A stretch of DNA of 43,801 nucleotides from a virus. Taxonomy: Duplodnaviria; Caudoviricetes. The stretch spans positions 1-43,801 of IMG/VR virus record IMGVR_UViG_3300017589_000085. One strand, 5' to 3'. A program made the position numbers and the translations under genes. This document shows positions 1 to 8,407 of the stretch, piece after piece. Positions within the stretch are counted from its first letter, which is position 1; every line of letters begins with the position of its first letter. Below the pieces are notes generated by a model. The model saw only the letters and a list, made by a program, of their open reading frames with translations. It was not told where the DNA came from and did not search any database.

Positions 1-294
1 GCGATTGCTCAAAAAACATTTGCTAATTCACCACATAACTTTGTAGACAAATGGGATACGCCAATGATGGTAACCGTTGGAGAGCTAGACTATCGTATCC
101 TTGCATCACAAGGAATGATGGCTTTTAATGCTGCTCAACTTCAGGATATTCCTTCCCGAATGCTTGTTTTCCCCGATGAAAATCACTGGATATCTAAACC
201 TCAGAACGGTATTCTCTGGCAACGTGAATTTGCTCGTTGGTTTTCAGAGTGGTTACATCCTGAACTTAAGACAAAAGCTATAAAAGAAAAATAA
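1..294 (+). CDS. S9-family (prolyl oligopeptidase/dipeptidyl peptidase-like) peptidase, C-terminal part; host gene truncated by the window edge
   Basis: Frame 1 is open from base 1 (AIAQKTFANSPHNFVDKWDTPMMVTVGELDYRI...FPDENHWI). It contains the catalytic Asp (GELDYR) and His (PDENHW) motifs of S9 peptidases. Confidence 0.9.
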   Translation, partial: AIAQKTFANSPHNFVDKWDTPMMVTVGELDYRILASQGMMAFNAAQLQDIPSRMLVFPDENHWISKPQNGILWQREFARWFSEWLHPELKTKAIKEK

Positions 295-355
295 GTACAA
301 TTACTATAGTGACTGTGAATGTCAATTATTTTTTTGAAAAATATTGGTCAAATGT

Positions 356-385
356 TTTGTATATGTGAAAATATGATTATCTTTG
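356..385 (+). promoter_or_regulatory. Bacteroidota sigma-A promoter for tRNA-Asp
   Basis: TTTG at 356-359 and TATCTTTG (TAnnTTTG) at 378-385, about 30 nt upstream of the tRNA. Confidence 0.7.
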
Positions 386-414
386 CACTCGCTATCCGAA
401 ACTGATAGCCGACT

Positions 415-488
415 GGTGTGGTAGTTCAGCTGGTTAGAATACCTGCCTGTCACGCAGGGGGTCGCGGGTTCGAGTCCCGTCCATACCG
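415..488 (+). tRNA. tRNA-Asp (GTC); probable prophage integration site (attL)
   Basis: GGTGTGG/CCATACC acceptor stem, D arm, CCTGC-CTGTCAC-GCAGG anticodon arm with GTC, GGTTCGAGTCC T arm. The integrase lies about 230 bp downstream. Confidence 0.97.
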
Positions 489-534
489 CAGAGTTAAGAT
501 GCTGATAAACAGCAGAGAATAGCGAAAAAACAGT

Positions 535-575
535 AAAGCGAGTTGGTTCAATTTTGAGCCTATTCGCTTTTTTTT
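535..575 (+). terminator. Intrinsic terminator after tRNA-Asp
   Basis: AAAGCGAGTTGGTTCAA-TT-TTGAGCCTATTCGCTTT hairpin followed by a T run. Confidence 0.75.
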
Positions 576-625
576 GTTAAAATAGACCCTAATTTTAACT
601 AAAAAGAGCAGTTAAGAAACATATT

Positions 626-655
626 TCTTTGAACTATCTTTGAACTTTTCTTTGA
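626..655 (+). repeat. Tandem direct repeats, probable integrase arm-type sites, overlapping a TAnnTTTG box
   Basis: TCTTTGAACT at 626-635 and 637-646, TCTTTGA at 649-655. TATCTTTG at 635-642. Confidence 0.6.
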
Positions 656-714
656 GAAATATATTTCACGCTCCAAAATTGATTTGAAATATTAACTATT
701 TAAACAAATCAATA

Positions 715-1938
715 ATGGCAACATTTAAACCAATTGTGTTTTCGTCTAAAATAAAATCTGATGGAACTACGAATATTAAAATAAGAGTTTATCACAACAA
801 AGAATCTCAATACATTCCTACCGATTATTATATAGATCCTTCGTTTATGTTAGCAGACGGATCGATTAATTCTCTTTATCCAGATGCTGATTTATACAAT
901 TATCAATTAGGTGAAATTATTCAGAATTATAGAAAAGCCGGATTAAAATTAGATGCAAAGAACGCTTCATTGATGAGTTGTTCTGAATATCGTGATTATC
1001 TTGCTCAAACATCACAACCTGGTTATGATTTTATAGATTTTATTGAGTTCTGCAATGAGCACATAAAGAAAACCAAAAAAGAAAAAACAGCCGAATGGTA
1101 CCAGCAGTCAATAGATAGCTTTGTTTGGTTTTATGGAAAAACAAGAATAGATGCCAGGGATATCACAAGAAATAAGATCACTGAATTTATTAACCGGCTT
1201 AAGATATCCGGACAAAAAGGAAAACCTTTGCAAAACGGATCTATCAGTAATTATGTAAGAGGATTGAGAGCTCTTTATAATGAATGTAAGAAAAAACATA
1301 ATAATCCTGATTATGACATTATCCGAATACCTAATGATCCTTTTGATGTCGATATTCCTAATTACAAAAAAAAGAGAAGAAACATATCAATTGAAAATAT
1401 TATAAAAATTCGTGATTTCAATTCTGAATCTATCAGAGTATCAATGGCTAGAGATGTGTTTATGATGCAATTTTACCTGATGGGAATAAATATTGGAGAC
1501 TTATACAGGTCGTCTGATCCTGAATTCGGAAGGTTGAATTATGAACGATCAAAGACTAACACAGAAGATAATGAGATGTTTATGTTATCCATTAAAATTG
1601 AACCTGAACTAAAAATATTACTTGACAAATACAGCAGTAAAAGTTTTTTGTCTGATATTAAACGATATGCCGATAGTGACAGCTTTCGAAGTAATATAAA
1701 TAAAGGACTTAAAGATATTGGAAAAGAAATCGGTGCACCTCAGATAAGCACCAATTGGGCACGACACAGCTGGGCTAGTATCGCACGAAACAAAGCAGGC
1801 ATATCAAAATCTGATATTGATTTTTGCCTTGGGCATGTTTCACCAGAGCACAGAATGGCTGATATTTATATTGACATAGATTATAGTATATGTGATAATG
1901 CAAATAGAAAGGTTTTAGATTTGTTGAAAAATATTTAA
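715..1938 (+). CDS. int: Tyrosine recombinase / phage integrase (Bacteroidales type)
   Basis: N-terminal arm-binding region (KSDGTTNIKIRVYH), SAM-like core, and ARDVFMMQFYLMGINIGDL, WARHSWASIAR and LGH...DIY catalytic-region motifs. Confidence 0.95.
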   Translation: MATFKPIVFSSKIKSDGTTNIKIRVYHNKESQYIPTDYYIDPSFMLADGSINSLYPDADLYNYQLGEIIQNYRKAGLKLDAKNASLMSCSEYRDYLAQTSQPGYDFIDFIEFCNEHIKKTKKEKTAEWYQQSIDSFVWFYGKTRIDARDITRNKITEFINRLKISGQKGKPLQNGSISNYVRGLRALYNECKKKHNNPDYDIIRIPNDPFDVDIPNYKKKRRNISIENIIKIRDFNSESIRVSMARDVFMMQFYLMGINIGDLYRSSDPEFGRLNYERSKTNTEDNEMFMLSIKIEPELKILLDKYSSKSFLSDIKRYADSDSFRSNINKGLKDIGKEIGAPQISTNWARHSWASIARNKAGISKSDIDFCLGHVSPEHRMADIYIDIDYSICDNANRKVLDLLKNI

Positions 1939-1955
1939 TTTATTTTTCGTAAAAG

Positions 1956-1986
1956 TTTGTTTATATAAAAATAATTTATACATTTG
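1956..1986 (+). promoter_or_regulatory. Sigma-A promoter upstream of the early operon
   Basis: TTTG at 1956-1959, 19-nt spacer, TACATTTG at 1979-1986. Confidence 0.7.
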
Positions 1987-1999
1987 TCACATTAAAGCG

Positions 2000-2038
2000 A
2001 GTTGGATTCTGAATAAAAGTTCAGGATTCAGCTTTTTT
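2000..2038 (+). terminator. Terminator/attenuator hairpin just after the early promoter
   Basis: AGTTGGATTCTGAA-TAAAAG-TTCAGGATTCAGCT followed by TTTTT. Confidence 0.65.
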
Positions 2039-2111
2039 GTGTTTATATACCACCCTGAATTTTCTTCTTAACACCCTCACAACCAATAGCCTGGCACTAA
2101 ATAAAAGTGTC

Positions 2112-2759
2112 ATGACAAAGAAATACCACTTTACAAATGAAATGCTCGAAGATCTGAAAGAGTTATACCCTACCACTCTTGCTGCCGAATTGGCTGAAAA
2201 GTACAATTGTAGTGTCAAAGCAATATACAGACAAGCCAAAAAACTAAGACTAGAGAAATCGAAAGAATTTATCAAAGAGATTTCAAGAAAGTCAATGGAA
2301 AACCCAAACCATCCTGGCAGAAAATATCAATTCAAAAAAGGGCAAACACCATCTAATAAGGGCAAAAAGCAAACTGAATACATGAGCAAAGAAGCTATTG
2401 AACGAACGAAGGGCACAAGATTCAGCAAGGGTAATGTTCCGCCAAATCGTAAACCGATCGGGCATAAGCGTATTACCAAAGATGGATATATTGAGGTTAA
2501 AGTTCGTGATTTAAATAAAAACGAAAATTTTGAACTGAAACACCGTTTGATTTGGGAGAAGCACAACGGTCCTATACCTAAAGGTTACAATGTTCAGTTT
2601 AAAGACGGTAACAAGCAGAACTGCAAAATTGAAAATCTAAAGTGCATATCTAACGCGGAACTCGCGGAAATGAATCGGTGCACGAAATACCCGGCTGAAC
2701 TTCAAAGAGCCATTAAACTTAATAATAAACTTAGAAAACAAATAAAAGAAAATGATTAA
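2112..2759 (+). CDS. HNH endonuclease (HNH_3-like) with N-terminal HTH and FKKG-type repeats
   Basis: KHRLIWEKHNGPIPKGYNVQFKDGNKQNCKIENL motif; QFKKGQTPSNKG and RFSKGNVPPN repeats. ATG 2112 is preferred over the TTG at 2037, which lies inside the terminator. Confidence 0.85.
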   Translation: MTKKYHFTNEMLEDLKELYPTTLAAELAEKYNCSVKAIYRQAKKLRLEKSKEFIKEISRKSMENPNHPGRKYQFKKGQTPSNKGKKQTEYMSKEAIERTKGTRFSKGNVPPNRKPIGHKRITKDGYIEVKVRDLNKNENFELKHRLIWEKHNGPIPKGYNVQFKDGNKQNCKIENLKCISNAELAEMNRCTKYPAELQRAIKLNNKLRKQIKEND

Positions 2760-3069
2760 AGTAACGATATCGCCTGGCTACGAGTGGATTAACAACGGAA
2801 ACTTCACAAAGGATGCCTTTGAATATTCTTCTTGCGAGCATGAGTTGGAATTGGGGGAAATATGGGTAGGCAACACGTCAGGTGATGATAGATGGTCAAA
2901 AGGTGTTTCTATACCAATGCGTTATCAACATATGAAAACAGTAAGACTCGGAGAGCAAGCATATGACATTTATGGCAAGCCGTTAAGTCGAGATTACTGC
3001 CGACCGCTGATAATAAACAAAACGGAAGAGATTGAGTATGAGAGGGCATTAAAAAAAAAAATAAATTAA
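2752..3069 (+). CDS. Hypothetical phage protein
   Basis: 105-aa ORF overlapping the upstream stop codon; no motif recognised. Confidence 0.7.
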   Translation: MIKVTISPGYEWINNGNFTKDAFEYSSCEHELELGEIWVGNTSGDDRWSKGVSIPMRYQHMKTVRLGEQAYDIYGKPLSRDYCRPLIINKTEEIEYERALKKKIN

Positions 3070-3087
3070 CAAAAACAATAAATAGTT

Positions 3088-3366
3088 ATGAACCGACAAA
3101 TAAGCATTGATAAACTAAATGAACATCTTTTTGCATCAATCGAGATGTTGAAAAATAACAGTGATCCGGAAGCAGATCCGAATGAGAAAATAGACGTTGA
3201 AACGGCTAAAGCAATTGCAGATCTAAGCAAGGTTGTGATTGACGGATACAAGGTCAAAGCGCAGGTATTAAACATGATGAGAAATGCCGAAAACCCGAAT
3301 ATGCTTAAGAATTCAATTGTTCAGTCGGGTATTATTACGGACGAAAAACTTTTAATTGGAGAGTAA
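3088..3366 (+). CDS. Conserved hypothetical phage protein of the type usually found beside HNH_3 genes
   Basis: LNEHLFASIEML...AKAIADLSKVVID helical pattern. Confidence 0.75.
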   Translation: MNRQISIDKLNEHLFASIEMLKNNSDPEADPNEKIDVETAKAIADLSKVVIDGYKVKAQVLNMMRNAENPNMLKNSIVQSGIITDEKLLIGE

Positions 3367-3401
3367 ATTTAATTTCAATAACTATTTAAAATAAAAACAA
3401 C

Positions 3402-4505
3402 ATGAAAATTATCGTATCAAGAAACCATTTGTTCACAAAACTAAGGAATGTGGGTAGAATTGTAAAATCAGGAAAAGAACTTGCTTATAGCTCGTTTTTG
3501 TTCGACTTCACTGATCAAATATTAACCGTAACAGGTTGTGATGAATCAGGGCAAATTTCTACTACTATCGAGTGCCAGGCACAAGACAATGTTAATGTTC
3601 AGTTCCTACTCGATTCGTCAACTCTTTTAAATTCACTGAAAGAATTACCTGATCAACCTCTTACAATCGATGTAGATAATTCGTTTGGGGTTAAGATTTA
3701 CTACTACAATGGAAGATTTGAAATGCAAGGAAGTGATGCAACTCTATTTCCAATCATGTCGGACCAGGCAGACAGCAAGGTATTTTCAATAAACAACAAA
3801 ATACTGAAGAAAGGGTTATCACTTGGCAAATTTGCAGCCAACGATGAACTTCGTCCAATAATGGCAACAGTTAATCTTTCATGTAAGAATGAATCGGTAT
3901 CATTTGCGGCAACGAATAGCACCGTTCTTGGAATATATGAAGCCGGAAATAATTATCCTAATGAAGAAATCAATGTCAATATTCCATGTAAGATAACCAA
4001 AATCATTTCAGATCTTCTTAACAAGGAAGATGACATCAAGATAGAATATGATGATAGAAGTATTCAGTTCGAAATTGATGGATACTTTATCAAATACAGA
4101 CTATTTGAGGGCAGGTACCCAAATTTCAGGAGCGTAGTACCAAAAAATCCGGTTATGAATGTAGAGGTTAATTGTTTTGATTTAATAGCAGCAATTAATC
4201 GTGTATCAATATTCGCAGATGAAAGTTCGTTACTTATTAATCTGCATATAAAAGGCAATAACCTGATTTTAACATCGCAAAGTTTCGACAATGCACGTTC
4301 AGCAAAAGAAGATATATTTCTTGATACTGTATATAGCGAGATTGAGATAGGTTTTAAAAGCAGTTTACTTTTAGATGTAATGAAAAGCATTGATTCTGAT
4401 ACATGTATAATGTATTTAACCGAATCATCCAAAGCAGCGCTTTTCACATCTCAAAATAATTCAGATTCTCAATACGTATTAATGCCAATGCAAATAAATA
4501 ATTAA
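3402..4505 (+). CDS. dnaN: Phage-encoded DNA polymerase III beta sliding clamp
   Basis: 367 aa; LKELPDQPL, FAANDELRPIM, EGRYPNFRSVVP, EIGFKSSLLLD and C-terminal YVLMPM motifs of beta clamps. Confidence 0.93.
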   Translation: MKIIVSRNHLFTKLRNVGRIVKSGKELAYSSFLFDFTDQILTVTGCDESGQISTTIECQAQDNVNVQFLLDSSTLLNSLKELPDQPLTIDVDNSFGVKIYYYNGRFEMQGSDATLFPIMSDQADSKVFSINNKILKKGLSLGKFAANDELRPIMATVNLSCKNESVSFAATNSTVLGIYEAGNNYPNEEINVNIPCKITKIISDLLNKEDDIKIEYDDRSIQFEIDGYFIKYRLFEGRYPNFRSVVPKNPVMNVEVNCFDLIAAINRVSIFADESSLLINLHIKGNNLILTSQSFDNARSAKEDIFLDTVYSEIEIGFKSSLLLDVMKSIDSDTCIMYLTESSKAALFTSQNNSDSQYVLMPMQINN

Positions 4506-4509
4506 ACCC

Positions 4510-4785
4510 ATGACAAAACCAGATTTACAAAGAAAAATAACGAATATTCTCAAACACGAAAATATTAATAAACCTGAAAATTCAGGTGCAAAACAAGGAC
4601 TTGAAAAAGCACTGGAGATCCTGAAATCAAATCAAAGAGATTTATCAGGAATTATTGAACTCGATACTACTCAAGCACGTGCGATAGCAAAGTTCGCAGT
4701 AGATTTTAATAATCTAAAACATAGTGGTTCATTTTTTATAAAGTTAGGTGAGGTAATAAAACGCAATATCAAATACAACCTATGA
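4510..4785 (+). CDS. Hypothetical protein
   Basis: 91-aa ORF tightly packed between dnaN and pcfK (ATGA overlap with the next gene). Confidence 0.7.
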   Translation: MTKPDLQRKITNILKHENINKPENSGAKQGLEKALEILKSNQRDLSGIIELDTTQARAIAKFAVDFNNLKHSGSFFIKLGEVIKRNIKYNL

Positions 4786-5213
4786 AAACAACAGATAATT
4801 TCAAGAATACGGTTAAATCATATTTGGACCAAAGAGCTGAAAATGATACTCAGTTCGCTGAAAAGTATGCAAATGAAAATAAGAACATTGACGATTGTGC
4901 AACCTATATTCTGAATACAGTTAAAAATAGTGGCTGCAATGGGTTTACAGATGAAGAAGTGTTTGGGATGGCAGTACACTATTATGATGAAGAAAGCATT
5001 GATGTAGGCAAAGGAATTGGGGCACGAGTAGTGATAAATCATACCATTGAACTTACTGAAGAAGAAAAAGCAGAAGCTCACCAGAAAGCTATCGATAAGT
5101 ACCAGGCAGATATACTCAAAAAAGAACATGATCGTAAAGCGAAAAAACTTGAAAAGATCGCTGAAAAAAAGGTTGAAGAAGTAACAGAAGTTGAACAGTT
5201 AAGCCTATTCTGA
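4782..5213 (+). CDS. PcfK-like protein (family containing the reported Cas9 inhibitor AcrIIA9), with C-terminal QLSLF
   Basis: FKNTVKSYLDQRA...KNIDDCATYILNTVKNSGCNGFTDEEVFGMAVHYYDE signature; adjacent to a PcfJ gene. Confidence 0.88.
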   Translation: MKTTDNFKNTVKSYLDQRAENDTQFAEKYANENKNIDDCATYILNTVKNSGCNGFTDEEVFGMAVHYYDEESIDVGKGIGARVVINHTIELTEEEKAEAHQKAIDKYQADILKKEHDRKAKKLEKIAEKKVEEVTEVEQLSLF

Positions 5214-5215
5214 TC

Positions 5216-6574
5216 ATGAAACCACGAAGTAAAAGAGAAGTGGAAGTGACTGCATTAAGCAGTAAACTTCCACCACTTGAAATGGAAATAGAATGGGCAA
5301 AAACCCATATGTTCACTCACGAAGCATACAAGTGCAAAGATGAACTTTGGTGCTCTGATTGTGGTCATACATGGATAAATTCAGATATCAGTGAATTGTC
5401 AGTATCTCTTGGTATCGGTGTAAAATCTGAATGTCCATTTTGTCATCAAAAGCTCACAGTAAAGGTAAGCAAAAAACAAAAGAATGATGAAGTAGGATAT
5501 ATGACTATTGTAACGGTTTCAGGAGATTATCAAGTACTACGTCGCATTTATTGTAACAGGTTCACCAGGAAGAAGAATGCTTTTTTAAATTATTATTTTG
5601 CGGAAGTCGTGCAAGAATGGATATCCATAGATGGCAAGCGAACGATCATGGCTAAACCCATGAATTTAGGAGGTACAGGGTGGTTATATTGGCAACCATT
5701 AAGCATTAAAAACGAAAATAACGGAAGATATTATTACGGTGATAAATATTCTATGTATGGCGAAATATATCCAACCGCAAAACTTCTTCCAATTCTTAAA
5801 AAGAGAGGGTTAAAGAGTAGTTTTTATAATGTTTCTCCTTCTAAGCTGATTAGGGCATTGTTGACAGGGGGTAACGATATTGAGTTATGCCTTAAAACAA
5901 AGCAATATTCAATGCTTCAGTATCTCTATAAAAGAGGTTCGTGTAATATCCAATATAAACCCTCTTTTAATATTTGCAACAGAAACAAGTATAAAATTAA
6001 GGATGCTTCAATGTGGGTTGATTATATAGATTTTCTACACTACTTCAATCTTGATGTTCACAATGCAAAATATGTTTGTCCTAAAGATCTGAAAAAAGAA
6101 CATGATAAACTGATGAATCGAAAAGAAAAAATTGAAGCAAAAAGAAGAGCTGAAAGGCAAAGAGAGGAAGCATTAAGAGATCAAATTTCAAGAAAAGAAG
6201 CAATACTTCAATTCTATGAAAAGAAAATGATCTTTTTTGGTCTTGTCCTTACAGATGGGAATATAGTTATAAAACCGCTTGAATCCATTACGCAATTCTA
6301 TCAGGAATCAAAAGCGATGCATCATTGCGTCTATAGCAGTCAGTATTATAAGAGGTCTGATTCGCTGATATTATCTGCTAAAATTGAAGACAAGAGAATT
6401 GAAACGATCGAGTTAAATTTAAAAACATTAGAGGTTGTGCAATCGAGAGGTACAAATAATAGTATTACAGAATTTCATAATCAAATCATAAAATTAGTTG
6501 ATAGTAATAAGGACCTGATCAGGAAGTGTAAGTATAGGGAATTGAATGTTGAACGTTCGACAGAAGTAGTGTAA
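5216..6574 (+). CDS. PcfJ-like protein
   Basis: N-terminal CSDCG/CPFCH Zn ribbon, WVDYID, PKDLKKEHD, ESKAMHHCV, RIETIEL and VQSRG motifs. Confidence 0.88.
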   Translation: MKPRSKREVEVTALSSKLPPLEMEIEWAKTHMFTHEAYKCKDELWCSDCGHTWINSDISELSVSLGIGVKSECPFCHQKLTVKVSKKQKNDEVGYMTIVTVSGDYQVLRRIYCNRFTRKKNAFLNYYFAEVVQEWISIDGKRTIMAKPMNLGGTGWLYWQPLSIKNENNGRYYYGDKYSMYGEIYPTAKLLPILKKRGLKSSFYNVSPSKLIRALLTGGNDIELCLKTKQYSMLQYLYKRGSCNIQYKPSFNICNRNKYKIKDASMWVDYIDFLHYFNLDVHNAKYVCPKDLKKEHDKLMNRKEKIEAKRRAERQREEALRDQISRKEAILQFYEKKMIFFGLVLTDGNIVIKPLESITQFYQESKAMHHCVYSSQYYKRSDSLILSAKIEDKRIETIELNLKTLEVVQSRGTNNSITEFHNQIIKLVDSNKDLIRKCKYRELNVERSTEVV

Positions 6575-6575
6575 T

Positions 6576-6911
6576 ATGAAAGAAAATAACATTGATAGCT
6601 TCCCAATTTGGAAGCCAAATTATAAAAACCGGTTGAGTTTTTCATCTAACAAATTTAGAGCAAGATATGATGCTATAAGGGGATCTTCAGGTGGATTTAT
6701 TTCAAAAAAGGATGTTAGGGATGTTATTATGAAGAAATGCAATAATCGGTGTGTGTTATGTGGATCATCAGACAACTTACAGGTAGATCATATTGTGTCA
6801 GTATATCTGACAGCCAAAGGTCACTATCCAATTGAAAAGTTAAACACCTATGAAATTCTGAGGATTTTATGCGGAACATGCAACTCAAGGAAATCACCAA
6901 ATGCAATATGA
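6576..6911 (+). CDS. Small HNH endonuclease
   Basis: CVLCG...LQVDHI...LCGTCNSRK. Confidence 0.88.
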   Translation: MKENNIDSFPIWKPNYKNRLSFSSNKFRARYDAIRGSSGGFISKKDVRDVIMKKCNNRCVLCGSSDNLQVDHIVSVYLTAKGHYPIEKLNTYEILRILCGTCNSRKSPNAI

Positions 6912-7777
6912 AAAAGACAAACTATTTCAGCCATGATAGTAACTCCCGTAATGATGAGAAGATACTCGCGCTGCGAATGCGACTTGGCGCTGAAGGATAT
7001 GGCGTTTATTTCATGCTTTTAGAACGATTAAGAGAGGAATCAGATTACATGAGTGTCAAAGATTATAATATGATAGCCTTTGACCTTCGTGTTGATTCCA
7101 AAACGATTAAATCTGTTGTCGAAGATTTTGGGTTATTTGTCTTTACCGAAAACGGTAAGTACTTCTACTCCGAAAGCTTTAACAAGCGTATGGAAATAAA
7201 GGATGAATCGAAAAAAAAGCGTTCAGAAGCAGGAAAAAAAGGAATGAAAATCAGATGGGAAGATGAAAAAAATAACAATGTTATAGATACAAATAACAAT
7301 GTTATAACAAATGACAAAAAAAACATAACAAGTAAAGTAAAGGAAAGTAAAGTAAAGGAAATAATATCTACTAACGTAGATACTATGTCCGAGAAGCAAG
7401 CTTCGCGAACGCAAATTGACTACAAGAAAATTGTTGATTACTTTAATTCAGAAACAAAAGGTGTGTTTAAAGAAGTAAGATATCCAATATCCGAAAAACG
7501 TAGAGACAGTATTCGTGCGCGTATAAGAGAACATGGCAAAGAAGCATTTGCCGAAATGATAAAAAAAGCATCAAATAGCGATTTCTTAAAAGGCAACAAT
7601 AGTACAGGATTTCAAGCAACATTTGACTGGCTTATAAAACCAACAAATTTCCCAAAAGTATTAGAAGGTAATTATGATAACAGAAGCAAAGAAAACAAAG
7701 AGAATAAACGAAATAATGCCGATGCAGATCGCCTCGAATGGCTTGCAAGAAAAGCAGAAGAAGCATTCTCAAGCTGA
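6908..7777 (+). CDS. Replication initiator (DUF4373 / Lin1244-Lin1753-like N-terminus)
   Basis: YFSHDSNSRNDEKI...GAEGYGVYFMLLERL at the N-terminus and ATFDWLIKPTNFPKVLEGNY at the C-terminus. ATG 6908 overlaps the HNH stop (ATGA). Confidence 0.85.
   Translation: MKKTNYFSHDSNSRNDEKILALRMRLGAEGYGVYFMLLERLREESDYMSVKDYNMIAFDLRVDSKTIKSVVEDFGLFVFTENGKYFYSESFNKRMEIKDESKKKRSEAGKKGMKIRWEDEKNNNVIDTNNNVITNDKKNITSKVKESKVKEIISTNVDTMSEKQASRTQIDYKKIVDYFNSETKGVFKEVRYPISEKRRDSIRARIREHGKEAFAEMIKKASNSDFLKGNNSTGFQATFDWLIKPTNFPKVLEGNYDNRSKENKENKRNNADADRLEWLARKAEEAFSS
7270..7382. repeat. Iteron-like repeats inside the initiator gene; probable phage origin
   Basis: AAATAACAATGTTATA at 7270-7285 and 7291-7306, each containing the palindrome ATAACA-A-TGTTAT. 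AAGTAAAGTAAAGGA at 7330-7344 and 7345-7359. TATCTAC-TAAC-GTAGATA hairpin at about 7365-7382. Confidence 0.65.
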
Positions 7778-8336
7778 TTTGGCAATCATTCAAAAATATG
7801 GAGATGGGAGAAAATTCGCAGAAACATTTAATCCGGATCTTCAACGTGCATGTGCTGAAAATATTGAAAGATCATTTTCCGGTGATGCACCAACAATAGC
7901 GTCACTTCGAAATGCATACCCGACCGAACAGGTCCGTGTGTGGATCCTGGCACAAATCGAGAATTTGAATACTTATGCCGGTACAAAAAACAAGATGAAT
8001 CCGGACCAGATGATGATGTTATCGGATATTATCATGACAGATTATTACTATCTGAAAGCTTCAGAATTGTTGTTATTCTTCTTTCAGTTCAAGTCGGGTA
8101 AATTTGGTGAGTTGTACGGTTCAGTGGATCCACTCAGGGTATCATCAGCACTTATTGAATTCACTTCGTATAGACGTGAAATGTTATTCAGAATTGAAAG
8201 GGATAAAAAAGAAGAAAAAAGAATCAAAGATGCAGAAGAATACAGTAAAAAAGCTGTTACAAGACAGCAATACAGAAGATATAAGTTCAAAAAAAGTGAC
8301 AAAATATGGAAAATTAAAAAAAGCGATCGGAAATAA
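7674..8336 (+). CDS. DUF6633-like replication accessory protein; start uncertain (7674 or about 7715)
   Basis: YYYLKASELLLFFFQFKSGKFGELYGSVDP motif, in the usual position after a Bacteroidales phage initiator. Confidence 0.7.
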   Translation: MITEAKKTKRINEIMPMQIASNGLQEKQKKHSQADLAIIQKYGDGRKFAETFNPDLQRACAENIERSFSGDAPTIASLRNAYPTEQVRVWILAQIENLNTYAGTKNKMNPDQMMMLSDIIMTDYYYLKASELLLFFFQFKSGKFGELYGSVDPLRVSSALIEFTSYRREMLFRIERDKKEEKRIKDAEEYSKKAVTRQQYRRYKFKKSDKIWKIKKSDRK

Positions 8337-8407
8337 ATCTCAATCGCCTTTAATTAATCGTTTTTCGATTTGTTGGTGATACGCAAATATATGAAAAACA
8401 ATTGAAT

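Noticed and set aside
1460-1790. Integrase as a pseudogene because canonical Arg-I and His-II appear replaced (GINIGDL, NWARH)
   Set aside because: Such substitutions are common in Bacteroidales integrases; the ORF is full length and keeps Arg-II, LGH and the Tyr nucleophile.
3051-3061. A11 tract as a phase-variation switch
   Set aside because: It lies in the last few codons of the ORF, so slippage would barely change the protein; A runs are common in this AT-rich DNA.
2112-6911. HNH genes as intron-encoded homing endonucleases splitting a gene
   Set aside because: The flanking genes look complete and are translationally coupled; no split conserved gene or intron core was recognised.
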